The notes: generated by a model from the sequence alone, not told the origin. Counted from the first letter of the stretch, positions 28,000 through 37,505 are shown. The stretch is DNA of 64,000 nucleotides from Polyangiaceae bacterium (GCA_035318465.1 DATHES010000045.1:53214-117213), one strand, 5' to 3'. Numbers and translations are program-made.

Positions 28000-28938
28000 T
28001 CAGCGCTCGCGCGTGAAGCCGAAAGCAAGACCCGCATAAAGCGACGTCACCTCGGAGGGCGGCGCCCCGGGTGAAGTGATGGCATCGGTCACCGTCGCGC
28101 GGGCGTCGGCGCAGATGGCGAACGGCGTGGCGATCGCACAGAGCGTACCTTCCGCGGTGCGTACCGGCGAAGAGAGCGCGTCGTTGGTCGGCAATCTCAT
28201 GGCGCTGAAACCCAACCGGAACCACGGGATTTGCAGCGCGGCGTAAGCGCCGACCTCGAGACCGGCCCCGAGAATACGGGTCTCGGCTTCGCCCGCGCGG
28301 AAACGCCCCGTCAGCACCGCACCGGTCGTCGCACCGAGCTCGAGCACCGCGCGGCGATAGAGGTACTGGTATCCCAGCTGTAGCTGCGGAAAGTCGATGA
28401 GCGATGCATAGAATGCATCGTTCCCGCGCAAATAAGCGAAGGCCCCGGCGCGCACGACCGGGCCGTGTCGCTCGCCGAGCGGCAGGCGAAATCCTCCCGC
28501 GAGGCTGCCGAGCAGCGTGCCCTCCAAACCGGCACCGCCGCCACCAATCGCCAGCCGGTGCATGCCATGGGTGCTGAAAACACCGCGACGGACGAACTCC
28601 TCGCCTTCCCCCGAAACCATGAGCCCACTTCCTTCGTTGGCGCGCGCTCCCCGAACATTGACCGCGCTTCCGCGCACGCCGAACACCCCCGAACAACCTG
28701 TCGACGACAGGAAGGGACCTTCGGCATCGGAATCCGCACATGCCGGCAGAGGCGGCGGAGTCGTGGGTTGCGCCGGTGTCGAAGACTCGACCGTCTGCGG
28801 GGCCGCCGGGCGCGCCAGCGGATCCGAAGGCGCTGCCGGCTCCACCTGATCGGCGCGGGCCGGGACGGCATCGGCGCGCGCCGGCAGCACGGCGGTCAGG
28901 AGCGAGGCGAGCGACAAGCAAGCCGCTTTCGTGTTCAT
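28000..28938 (-). CDS. secreted hypothetical protein, possibly outer-membrane beta-barrel
   Basis: Signal MNTKAACLSLASLLTAVLPARA and a Pro-rich linker. The Gly/aromatic-rich alternating segments end ...YAGLAFGFTRER. Confidence 0.6.
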   Translation of the reverse strand: MNTKAACLSLASLLTAVLPARADAVPARADQVEPAAPSDPLARPAAPQTVESSTPAQPTTPPPLPACADSDAEGPFLSSTGCSGVFGVRGSAVNVRGARANEGSGLMVSGEGEEFVRRGVFSTHGMHRLAIGGGGAGLEGTLLGSLAGGFRLPLGERHGPVVRAGAFAYLRGNDAFYASLIDFPQLQLGYQYLYRRAVLELGATTGAVLTGRFRAGEAETRILGAGLEVGAYAALQIPWFRLGFSAMRLPTNDALSSPVRTAEGTLCAIATPFAICADARATVTDAITSPGAPPSEVTSLYAGLAFGFTRER

Positions 28939-28986
28939 GCTCTGCGAGAAGCAAATGCCGTTCCCAAACTAGCGCGCGTTCCGGGC

Positions 28987-29427
28987 TCAAAGATCGACCT
29001 CATCGGACAGCTCGTTCACGTCGCGCTCTCCTTCATGGGGGAAGTGGCGTGCAAGTTGTTCCGCCGCCGCATCGATAGCGAAAATGAGGCCTTCCGTAAA
29101 CGCGTTGCGGCGAAAATACCCGGACAGGGACGCGGCCAGCTCGTCCCAAAAGGATTGCCCGACCCGAGCATGGATTCCGGCGTCACCGCGTACGACGAAC
29201 CGGCGCCGAGCTGGCACGATGAAGAACAGCACCCCATTTCGTTCGCGCGTCGCGGTCATGCCGAGCCTCGAGAACGCGCTGTCGGCTGCCCGCTCGACGT
29301 TGCCCCAGAACCAGGGCGCGATCGAAACCCGAATTTCGCCGGAGGTTCTCCGTTCGGCAGCTTCGATGGCCTGCTTCACGCGGCCTTCGTCGATCAGTTT
29401 TCGAACGCGGTTTCGCGCAAAGATCAT
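28987..29427 (-). CDS. TPM (TLP18.3/Psb32/MOLO-1) domain protein
   Basis: GEIRVSIAP....................TRERNGVLFFIVPARRRFVVRGDAGIH matches the TPM pattern. Follows the YgcG-like gene by 7 nt. Confidence 0.75.
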   Translation of the reverse strand: MIFARNRVRKLIDEGRVKQAIEAAERRTSGEIRVSIAPWFWGNVERAADSAFSRLGMTATRERNGVLFFIVPARRRFVVRGDAGIHARVGQSFWDELAASLSGYFRRNAFTEGLIFAIDAAAEQLARHFPHEGERDVNELSDEVDL

Positions 29428-29434
29428 GACTCGC

Positions 29435-30232
29435 TCACCATGATCCCCGAGCTCCCCCTCCGCCCGATCTTCCGCCACCCCCACTGAAACCACCCCCACC
29501 CCCGCCCCCGCCTCCTTGGCGACCGCGACCGCTCGCCATCACGAAGAGCAGCTGGATGGCAAGCGAGGGATTGGTGAGAAAAAGCACCAGAAACGCAAGG
29601 GCCAGGATGCCGAACCCGATGAGCTGGATCTTGCTCGGGCCCTTTGCTTCGGGTGCGGGGCGGCTCTTGCCCTCGGGATCGACGAAGGGCTTTCCGTCGA
29701 TGCTCTGGAGAATCGCTTCCACGCCGGCTTCGAGCGCACCGTCCGCGTCCCCCGCGGCGAGCTTGGGGGCCATGGTCTCGTTGATGATGCGCGAGGCGAC
29801 GGCGTCGGGCACCTGCGGTTCGAGCCCATAGCCGACTTCGATCGCCATCTTGCGGTCGCGCGACAGCACGATGACGAGGACACCGTCGTCGGCCCCCTTT
29901 CTTCCGAGCTGCCACGCTTCGAAGGTCTTGACGGCAAAGTCGTCGAGAGGTCTGCCACCGAGGCTCTCGCCGATCCAGACCACGACTTGATGGCCGGTCT
30001 TCCGTTCGTACGACGCGAGCTTGGCGTCGAGGGACGCTCGCTGCGCGGGCGAGAGAAGTCCAGCCTGGTCCGTCACCCATCGCTCGGGCCGGGGGGGAAT
30101 GGGGACATCCTGCGCCCATCCTCGGGTCGCTCCGAACACGAGCGCGAGGGCCGCCACCCAGGCTGGCCACCATCGCCGCGCCCGCGCGTCAGAACTGGAC
30201 TTTCGGTGCTTTTTCAGCGCCGGGTTCGGCAC
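29435..30232 (-). CDS. YgcG-like TPM domain membrane protein with Gly-rich tail
   Basis: WVTDQAGLLSPAQRASLDAKLASYERKTGHQVVVW...GVLVIVLSRDRKMAIEVGYGLE (TPM), a TM helix, and a GGGGGGGGGFSGGGG tail. No ATG lies after the lemA stop, so I placed the start at the in-frame GTG 30232 inside the lemA 3' end. Confidence 0.7.
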   Translation of the reverse strand: MPNPALKKHRKSSSDARARRWWPAWVAALALVFGATRGWAQDVPIPPRPERWVTDQAGLLSPAQRASLDAKLASYERKTGHQVVVWIGESLGGRPLDDFAVKTFEAWQLGRKGADDGVLVIVLSRDRKMAIEVGYGLEPQVPDAVASRIINETMAPKLAAGDADGALEAGVEAILQSIDGKPFVDPEGKSRPAPEAKGPSKIQLIGFGILALAFLVLFLTNPSLAIQLLFVMASGRGRQGGGGGGGGGFSGGGGRSGGGGARGSW

Positions 30233-30794
30233 GGAAGTAGCCCTTTTCTTGAAAGCGACTGCCGAACAGCGAAGCGAACAACACCGTCGGAAAACCGTTG
30301 CGGCGCGTGTTGAATTCGCGCGCCGCATCGTTGAAGCGCATTCGTTCTACCGTGATGCGGTTTTCCGTGCCCTCGAGCTGCGCCTGCAGGTCGCGGAAGT
30401 TTTGCGTCGCTTTGAGATCCGGATAGCGTTCGACCACGACGAGCAAGCGCGATAACGCCCCCGAGAGTTGATCTTGGGCTTGCTGGTACTTCTGCAGCGC
30501 GACCGGATCGCCCGGCGCGCTCGCCGCGGCTTGCGAGGCTGCACCTACCCGGCTTCGGGCCTCGGTCACTGCGGTGAAGGTGTCCTTCTCGAACGCGGCT
30601 GCCCCCTTGACCGTCTCCACGAGGTTCGGAATCAGGTCGGCGCGGCGTTGGTAGACGTTCTCGACCTGGGCCCACTGCCCTTGGACCTTCTGGTCCAGCG
30701 TCACGAGCTCGTTGTACGACGACACGCCGCAGCCGATGGGGAGCAAAATCGCAGCCGCGACGATTCCGAGGACGATCAGCGCTTTCTTGGACAT
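30189..30794 (-). CDS. lemA: LemA family protein
   Basis: N-terminal anchor followed by YN.LV.L...V...WAQVENVYQRRADLIPNLV..VKG...E...F..V..AR and the YPDLKA...F..LQ..LEGTENRI...R..FN pattern. Confidence 0.9.
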   Translation of the reverse strand: MSKKALIVLGIVAAAILLPIGCGVSSYNELVTLDQKVQGQWAQVENVYQRRADLIPNLVETVKGAAAFEKDTFTAVTEARSRVGAASQAAASAPGDPVALQKYQQAQDQLSGALSRLLVVVERYPDLKATQNFRDLQAQLEGTENRITVERMRFNDAAREFNTRRNGFPTVLFASLFGSRFQEKGYFRAEPGAEKAPKVQF

Positions 30795-30860
30795 TCGATC
30801 TCCTGGCCCACCCTCTTCATGGGCAAAGCCTCATCGGCGTGCGAGCGCGGGGGTGCACGC

Positions 30861-31322
30861 TCACACGAGGCGCGTCGCGATCTCGATTTCCGACTTGAGC
30901 GTCTGGTGAACGGGGCACTTGTTGGCGATGTCGAGGAGCCGCGCGCGCTGGTCGGCGTCGAGGGCTCCGACGATCTCGATGTCGCGCTCGATACGATCGA
31001 GCCTCCCCTCTTTCGTCTCGCAGTTCTCGCAGTCCGCGGCGTGGATCTTCATGTGGCGCAGGCGTACCCGGACGGCCTCCAGCGGCCATTGCTTGCGGCG
31101 CGCGTAGAGTCCCACCGTCATCGACGTGCAGGAGCCGAGCGCGGCGAGGAGCAGGTCGTACGGTCCTGGCCCGCTGTCGGTTCCACCGGCCGCGACCGGC
31201 TCGTCCGCAACGAGCCGGTGCTTGCCCGACGTGATCTGCTGGACAAAATTCTTCCCGCTGCCCTGGACCACGACCTCGGTCGGTTGATCTGCCGCCGGGC
31301 TCTTCGTCGCCGATTCCGTCAT
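30861..31322 (-). CDS. OsmC family peroxiredoxin-like protein
   Basis: GGTDSGPGPYDLLLAALGSCTSMTV...IANKCPVHQTL is the OsmC/Ohr two-Cys pattern. Confidence 0.85.
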   Translation of the reverse strand: MTESATKSPAADQPTEVVVQGSGKNFVQQITSGKHRLVADEPVAAGGTDSGPGPYDLLLAALGSCTSMTVGLYARRKQWPLEAVRVRLRHMKIHAADCENCETKEGRLDRIERDIEIVGALDADQRARLLDIANKCPVHQTLKSEIEIATRLV

Positions 31323-31323
31323 G

Positions 31324-31539
31324 TCATCGCCGCCGTCCGGCCGATGGCGCGCCGCCCGATGGTTCTGCTCGAAGTCGCTTCGACACGCCGAGCGTCCACG
31401 ACGGCGGGTCGCTGGCGGGAAATGACTCGTCCAGCGTTTCGTCGATGAGAGACTGCCCGCTGAGCGGTTCCTCGCCCTCGCCCCTTGGCGGTGCTTCTAG
31501 CGCTCGGCTTGCAGATGGGCTTCGACGAACCATAGCCAT
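31324..31539 (-). CDS. small stress-operon protein with SFPASDPPSW motif
   Basis: 71-aa ORF between dps and osmC carrying DETLDESFPASDPPSW, a motif I recall from small general-stress proteins. The only canonical starts (ATG 31539/31533) overlap the dps 3' end by about 40 nt. Confidence 0.45.
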   Translation of the reverse strand: MAMVRRSPSASRALEAPPRGEGEEPLSGQSLIDETLDESFPASDPPSWTLGVSKRLRAEPSGGAPSAGRRR

Positions 31540-31979
31540 TTGTCGGTCCCCCTCGAAATCTCGGTGAACATGTCGGTCGTGTCGGCGTCTTTCAGCTCGT
31601 TGCTCTTGTCGATCGCCTGTCGCACGAGCTTACCGAACGCAGCGAGCGACGAGGAGAGCGCGTCGACGTGGTCGGTCCCATTCGGCCCTTTGGCGGCGTA
31701 TTCCGGCAAGGTGGACCGTTTGGCAACGGAGCGCGCGGTGCCCTCCGCGATCCCGCCGAGCTGTACCGCGCGCTCGGCGATGAGATCGACGTACTCTTCG
31801 ACATCTTCGTTGACCTTGTCGAAGAGCTCGTGCAGGGCGATGAAATCCGGACCCTTCACGTTCCAGTGCGCCTGTTTGCATTGCGATTGAAGGTCGACGG
31901 CGTCGGCGAGCCGCGCGTTGCAAAGCTCGACGAGTTGCGCGCGCGCTTGTTGGGGGAGATCGTTCTTCGTCTTGAACAT
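31497..31979 (-). CDS. dps: Dps (DNA starvation/stationary-phase protection) ferritin-like protein
   Basis: QCKQAHWNVKGPDFIALHELFD...EEYVDLIAERAVQLGG...TDMFTEI....DK.LWF.EAHL is the classic Dps ferroxidase-site pattern. Confidence 0.93.
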   Translation of the reverse strand: MFKTKNDLPQQARAQLVELCNARLADAVDLQSQCKQAHWNVKGPDFIALHELFDKVNEDVEEYVDLIAERAVQLGGIAEGTARSVAKRSTLPEYAAKGPNGTDHVDALSSSLAAFGKLVRQAIDKSNELKDADTTDMFTEISRGTDKWLWFVEAHLQAER

Positions 31980-32129
31980 GTGGCCCTCGATTTCTGCGAT
32001 CTAGGATGGGCGACGACAACCCATCTTCTTGCCGATCGACGGCCTGAAGTCGACCCCCATTCGACAGAAGTGCCAGACACGCGCGCCATCGTGGAGCGCG
32101 TGTTTTCGCGGCACGCGCGACGCTCGAAG

Positions 32130-32163
32130 CGGGAAAGGGCGAGCGGTGGGAAAGGGCGAGCGG
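32130..32163. repeat. perfect 17-bp tandem direct repeat in the dps/protease divergent intergenic region
   Basis: gggaaagggcgagcggt occurs twice (32130-32146 and 32147-32163), about 150 nt upstream of dps. Confidence 0.85.
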
Positions 32164-32424
32164 TCCGACTTTGGTCCCGCGCTTTGCCGTCTTGCGGTGC
32201 CTGTCCGGCTCGCGCGGCAGGGCTCCCATGCTCACCCTCCTGGAATTGACCGTAAGATCATTTCTTCTGCCGTCAACAGCTCCGTCGCAAGTTTGCAGCA
32301 CCACCAGCGCCGCGCTTTCCGAGATTGACGGTGGGAGCGCGGCGTGAGATGGGCGAGACGTCTCGGCGCGCGAAGTAGAAGAAGTAGATGACCGTGGTCC
32401 TTGTTCTTACGGAGGTAGCGCGCC

Positions 32425-35400
32425 ATGAGATTGTCCGTTTCGCTCCCGTGCCTTCTCGCTCTCGGTGCGCTCACCAGCTCCGCTCGAGCCGTGCTGCCGC
32501 CCGCCACGAGCGGTCCGGCGCCCGGTGTTCTCGAACTGAAAGCCGGTGATGCGGTTCGCGCGTACGCTCCGACCGCTGGCGTCGTGCCCAGCGCGCGAGC
32601 ATCGGCATGGAGCCGCTTTCTTCGGCTGGCCCGGGGGCAATGGGAAGGCACCTGGGACGCGCACACGGCCGTGCCCATGGCCATCACCGGCTCCGGTATC
32701 GCTGCTCCCGGAACGGTTGCCGACGCCGCCGAAGCCGAGCGCTTCACCCGCGCCTTCATCGCCGAGCACATCGCGCTTCTCGCGCCGGGTTCGAGCCTCA
32801 ATGACATCCGTCTCGTCGACAACATCGCCGACGGCGAGATGCGCACGCTCGGGTTCGTGCAGACTTACCAGGGCCTGGAGGTGTTCGACACGCACCTCAT
32901 CTTCGAGTTCAAAAACGATCGCCTCTTCGTCGTGGGATCCACGGCGATGCCCGACGTCCAGCTTCCGGCGGCGGCCACCGCCGCCACCCTGGACGCCCTC
33001 AAGACAGGTGCCACGGCCTGGCTGTCCGATCTGGGCCGCACGCTCGTGGCCAGCAAGGCCGCGAGCCCCATCGTGCTTTCGATCGTTCGCCAATCGGGCG
33101 CCATCGAGTACCGGCGCGTCGTTCCCGTCGAGGTGACGGAGCCGAACGGTCCCGGGTCCTGGACGGTCTATGTCGATTCTGCGACCGGGGCCGGCGTCGC
33201 GCGCAAAGACAACGTCGTCTACGCCGGTGGTGTGCTGAAGTACAAGGTGCCGGATCGCTCGCCGCTCTACGGCACCAGGGTGGACAGGCCAGCCGCCCTT
33301 GCCAACATCTCCGTCGGCGGGGTGGCGAGCAAAACCGACAACTACGGGGGCATCACCTGGACGGGCACCAGCGACGCCACGGTGACCACCAACTGCACCG
33401 GCACGCTCGTCACCGTCAACAACAGCAACGCGTCGGGGGCCAAGGTCACGGGCACGGTCACGGTCACGCCGGAAGGCGCCGGGATCTGGGATCTCGGCAC
33501 GACGCCCACCTCCGATTCTCAGCTCACCTGTTTCAGCAGCGTCAACGTCGTCAAAGAGCACGTCGCGCGATTCGTGCCCCGTGGCCAGATCGCGTGGCTG
33601 AACAACGCGCTCGTCTGCAACGTCAATCAGAACCAGGTCTGCAACGCCAACTGGAACGGGTCGAGTATCCAGTTTTTCATCGCCGGGACGAGCGGCACCA
33701 ACGTGTGTGAGAACACCGGGCGCATCACCGACGTCATCTATCACGAGTTCGGCCACGGATTTCACCAGAACGTCGTGACCGCGGGTGGCTCGGTGAACGG
33801 CGGCATGGGCGAGGGCGTGGGCGACACCTTGTCCGTCAGCATCACGCAGGACTACCGGATGGCACTCGGGTTCTTCACCGACCGCCCCACGACGCCCATT
33901 CGCGATCTCGATACCACCGATCAAGGCTGGCCCGCGCCGAGCACCGAGGTGCACGTGCAAGGCGTCACCTACGCCGGCTGGATGTTCGATCTGCGCAAGA
34001 ATCTCAAGCTCATCTACGGTGACAAGGAAGGCAACTGGGTCACCGACCGTCTCTTTTACGAATCGGTGCGCAGGGCCACCAGCATTCCGACCAGCTACAC
34101 GCAGGTCGTCGCGGCCGATGACGACGACGGAAACACGGCCAACGGGACGCCGAATTTCTGCGCGATCTACGAGGCCGCTCAAAGGCACACGCTTCCGACG
34201 TCGACCCCCACCGCAGCGGCGCTGGTCCCCGGGGTCGCGCCGCCGACGCTGAACGGTCGCGGCGTCACCCTGACGCTTCGGGGCAATAGCTTTTGCCCGA
34301 CGGATCTGTCGTCGGCGGCGGCCAGCTACTTGGCTCCGGGCTCGAGCACGCCTACCTCGGTCCCCCTCACCAAGGACGCGAGCGGCAATTACATCGGCGA
34401 TCTACCGGCACAGGCCGCGAATACCGTCGGTCAATACAGGGTCACCGCCACGTTCGCCAATGGCAAGGCCTACACTTTTCCGGACAACGCGGCCGACCCC
34501 GATTACCAGGTCTACGCGGGCACCGCGCAAAATCTGTATTGCACGAACTTCGACGACGCGGTGGCGCCGGCGGACTGGACGCACGGCGCGACGCCCACCG
34601 AGGCGGATGAGTGGGAGTGGGGATTGCCCGGCGAGATCGCCGGCACCAACGACCCGCGCGTGGCGTCGTCGGGCGCCAAGGTCTACGGCATGGACCTCGG
34701 CAAATGGACGACCGATGGCGTCTACCCGGCCGGCGCAACGAGCTACCTGCAAAGTCCGCAGATCAGCACGGCGGGCATGAGCGTCGTTCGATTGCAGTAC
34801 CGGCGCCAGCTCAACGTGGAAACGGGGGCCAGCGATCAGGCCAGCATTTACGCCAACGGCGTGAAAGTGTGGAGCAACGCCACCACCGCCAACCACGTGG
34901 ACAAGGAGTGGCGGCTGCACGATGTCGACATCAGCGCGCAAGCGGCGAACGGGACCGCACAGGTCAAGTTCGAGCTCGTGTCCAACGCCACCAACAACTT
35001 CGGCGGATGGAACATCGACGACTTCTGCATCGTCGGAATTCCCGGGCCTCAAACCGACGGCGGTGAAGACGGGGGTGCCCCCGACGCGAGCGAGGACGCG
35101 ACTTCCGATGGCGCAAGCGATGTCACGTCCAGTGACGTCGACGCGAGCGACGGAGGCACCGACGATGCTCCGCTCGATGCGAGTGAGCCGGCGGACGCCG
35201 TCGTCGATGCGCGCAGCGATGGTGACGCGAACGACACGGGCGCCGCGGCCGACGCGCGAGATGGTGCGGACTCCGGTGCAACGGGCGGCACGGCCGGTGC
35301 TGCTGGCAACGCTGGAAGCGGCGGCGTTGCCGGCAACGGGGGCAGCGCGGGAAGAGGCGGCGCGGGCGGCACCGCGGGCAGCGCGGGAAGAGCGGGCGCG

Positions 35401-35727
35401 TCCGGTGCGGCCGGCAGCGGGGGAAACGCAGGCACGGCGGGGTCCGGCGGGGCGGGCGGCATGGCAGGACTCGACAGCGGCACGGCGGGCACCGGCGGCG
35501 CTCGCGACGCGGGCGGCATGGCAGGCGCAACGGCCAGGGATGGCGCCACAGATGCGCTGGCAGACACATCCCGACCGGGGGCCGACGGCGCCGCGGTCCC
35601 GGGAGGAGAGTCGGATGACAGCGGATGCTCTTGCCGCCTGACCCCCTCCAAACCGCGGCCATCGCTCGCGTGGCTGGCGATGCTGGCGCTCGCCATGCTG
35701 CGCCGACGTTCGAGGCGCCGCGCGTAA
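32425..35727 (+). CDS. large secreted HExxH zinc metalloprotease with MYXO-CTERM tail
   Basis: Signal MRLSVSLPCLLALGALTSSARA, propeptide-like N-terminus, VIYHEFGHGFHQ zinc motif, beta-rich C-terminal domains (..GGWNIDDFCIVG), and a D/A/G/S low-complexity region of about 190 aa. The terminus reads DDSGCSCRL...LAMLALAMLRRRSRRRA. Confidence 0.85.
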   Translation: MRLSVSLPCLLALGALTSSARAVLPPATSGPAPGVLELKAGDAVRAYAPTAGVVPSARASAWSRFLRLARGQWEGTWDAHTAVPMAITGSGIAAPGTVADAAEAERFTRAFIAEHIALLAPGSSLNDIRLVDNIADGEMRTLGFVQTYQGLEVFDTHLIFEFKNDRLFVVGSTAMPDVQLPAAATAATLDALKTGATAWLSDLGRTLVASKAASPIVLSIVRQSGAIEYRRVVPVEVTEPNGPGSWTVYVDSATGAGVARKDNVVYAGGVLKYKVPDRSPLYGTRVDRPAALANISVGGVASKTDNYGGITWTGTSDATVTTNCTGTLVTVNNSNASGAKVTGTVTVTPEGAGIWDLGTTPTSDSQLTCFSSVNVVKEHVARFVPRGQIAWLNNALVCNVNQNQVCNANWNGSSIQFFIAGTSGTNVCENTGRITDVIYHEFGHGFHQNVVTAGGSVNGGMGEGVGDTLSVSITQDYRMALGFFTDRPTTPIRDLDTTDQGWPAPSTEVHVQGVTYAGWMFDLRKNLKLIYGDKEGNWVTDRLFYESVRRATSIPTSYTQVVAADDDDGNTANGTPNFCAIYEAAQRHTLPTSTPTAAALVPGVAPPTLNGRGVTLTLRGNSFCPTDLSSAAASYLAPGSSTPTSVPLTKDASGNYIGDLPAQAANTVGQYRVTATFANGKAYTFPDNAADPDYQVYAGTAQNLYCTNFDDAVAPADWTHGATPTEADEWEWGLPGEIAGTNDPRVASSGAKVYGMDLGKWTTDGVYPAGATSYLQSPQISTAGMSVVRLQYRRQLNVETGASDQASIYANGVKVWSNATTANHVDKEWRLHDVDISAQAANGTAQVKFELVSNATNNFGGWNIDDFCIVGIPGPQTDGGEDGGAPDASEDATSDGASDVTSSDVDASDGGTDDAPLDASEPADAVVDARSDGDANDTGAAADARDGADSGATGGTAGAAGNAGSGGVAGNGGSAGRGGAGGTAGSAGRAGASGAAGSGGNAGTAGSGGAGGMAGLDSGTAGTGGARDAGGMAGATARDGATDALADTSRPGADGAAVPGGESDDSGCSCRLTPSKPRPSLAWLAMLALAMLRRRSRRRA

Positions 35728-35919
35728 GGCGGCGCGTCCGATCACTCACAAAGGCGCCTTTTCAGGCTCACGGCCGAGGCGGCGCGTGCGATCGACGCGC
35801 CTCACGGCAAGGAGTCGGAGAAACCGCGACCGAAAAAGTCGAAGCCGTGGCGATCGCCCGGTGCTTGGAGTAGCGTCCGCCGGGCCGGCGCAGGGGCTGG
35901 CGCAGCCGGGGGCCCGGAG

Positions 35920-36570
35920 GTGACCATGTCGATAAGAGGACGGATAACTTGGAGGTTCGGCGCTGCCGCTTTCGCGGTGTGCCTCATGGGTTGCGACAAG
36001 GAGGAGGCGAAGGCGACTGCGCCGAGCGCGACTCCGCCCGCGCCCACGGTCACTGCACCGCCCGTCGCTTCGACCGCGCCCGTCGCGTCCGCCCCCGAGA
36101 AGAAGCCCGTCCACCCCTGCCCCGAGCGTTCGACGGGCAAAGGCACCTTCGACGATCCCTGCAAGGCCACGGGCAAGGCGCGGCTCATGGACGTTGCGTG
36201 GGACAAAAAGATCGGCGACAAGGGGCCGACTTTCAAGATCATCAACAACGCGAAGCTCGAGATCCTCTACGGCAGGATCGTCGTCTATTTCTACGACAAG
36301 GCAGGCAAGCAGATCGAGCTTCAGGGTGGCGACAAGCCGCGCCGCAGGCTCACCTGCGCCGGCAACATCTTCGCCGGAGCGGTCAAACCGGGCGAAAAGG
36401 TGTTCGTCAACTTCTCCTGTGTGAAAAAGGACGACGTACCCAAGGGCGCTACCGTCATCGAGGGCGAGATCGCGACCGTCGGCTTCACGGACGACACCGG
36501 AAAAAACGACACCTACTGGCGCAACGATGATCTCGTGCCCGAGGATCGCCCGAAGGGCGGCATCAAGTGA
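35920..36570 (+). CDS. hypothetical lipoprotein
   Basis: Signal ...FGAAAFAVCLMGC and a Pro/Ala/Thr linker. The Lys-rich beta-type domain has 4 Cys. Start is GTG 35920 or ATG 35926. Confidence 0.65.
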   Translation: MTMSIRGRITWRFGAAAFAVCLMGCDKEEAKATAPSATPPAPTVTAPPVASTAPVASAPEKKPVHPCPERSTGKGTFDDPCKATGKARLMDVAWDKKIGDKGPTFKIINNAKLEILYGRIVVYFYDKAGKQIELQGGDKPRRRLTCAGNIFAGAVKPGEKVFVNFSCVKKDDVPKGATVIEGEIATVGFTDDTGKNDTYWRNDDLVPEDRPKGGIK

Positions 36571-36607
36571 CCTGACGCGTCGTGTTGCGGCACGAGCACG
36601 AAGCAAG

Positions 36608-37462
36608 ATGGTGATGGGCGGCCTGGCCGGCAGCGGTTCGACGATCGTCAGCTGGGAACAAAGCATCGAGAGCTATCTCGATGGGATGCGCACCTGGTCG
36701 GCGGCCAACCGAGGCGGGAGCTTTCCGGCCGACGTCATCAACGTTCACTACTACACGTTCGGGCCAGACCCTTTCGGGACGCCGAGCCCGCGTCCGGCCA
36801 TCAGCCCCGAGGCGGCCAAACTCGAAGAGACGATGGCGCTGTTGCGCGATTACCGGAACACGCAGCTGCCGGGCAAGGAGCTGTGGATCACCGAGTTCGG
36901 CTACGACACCGATTCGCTCTCGCGGCTGCGTGCTCCAGCTCTCGGGAGAAACTCGGCGCCGGTGGTTCAAGGCCAATGGCTGCTCCGTACCTACCTCGCG
37001 CTGCTCGCCGCCGGCTTCGACCGCGCGTTCATGTTCATGCTCCGCGATCCCTGCGACGTCGACGTCACCACCTGCCACGTGCAGTTCGACACCTCCGGCC
37101 TTACCACCGCCAAGGGCAAGTGGGTGCCCAAGCCGGCGTACTTCTTCATCGCGACGGCGCGAGCGCGGCTGGCCTCGTTCGGCTTCGACGGGCCGCTCCC
37201 CTCGGGGAACGCCAACGTGCGGATCGCAAAGTTCCGCGACTCGAAGAGCACCCAGCGGGCCTTCGTCCTCTGGGCGCCGACCAGCAACGACACCATCGTC
37301 CCCGCGTTCTCGCTCACGGTCGGCGCGGCGACGAAGGCAACGCTCGTCACGCTGGCCGATCAGCAGCTGAATGGCATGGAGTCGGCGCTGCCCATTCAGA
37401 GCGGGACCGTCGCGGTCGACGTCGACGAGTCGCCGCGGATCGTGCTCGTCGACGGACCGTGA
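36608..37462 (+). pseudogene. 5'-truncated glycoside hydrolase (TIM-barrel, Glyco_hydro_cc/GH5-like) remnant
   Basis: Retains DVINVHYY and the nucleophile region ELWITEFGYD plus a C-terminal beta domain. It lacks a signal peptide and the N-terminal half with the acid/base residue. There is no SD, and the frame opens inside the preceding gene. Confidence 0.5.
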
Positions 37463-37505
37463 CGCTGGCCGACCGTGCACCCATGCGGCGATGCAACGGT
37501 CGACG

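Noticed and set aside
35920-37462. Possibility that the lipoprotein and the GH fragment are one frameshifted gene
   Set aside because: The lipoprotein sequence does not resemble the missing N-terminal half of a TIM-barrel glycosidase. It ends with its own stop after a compact beta-type domain.
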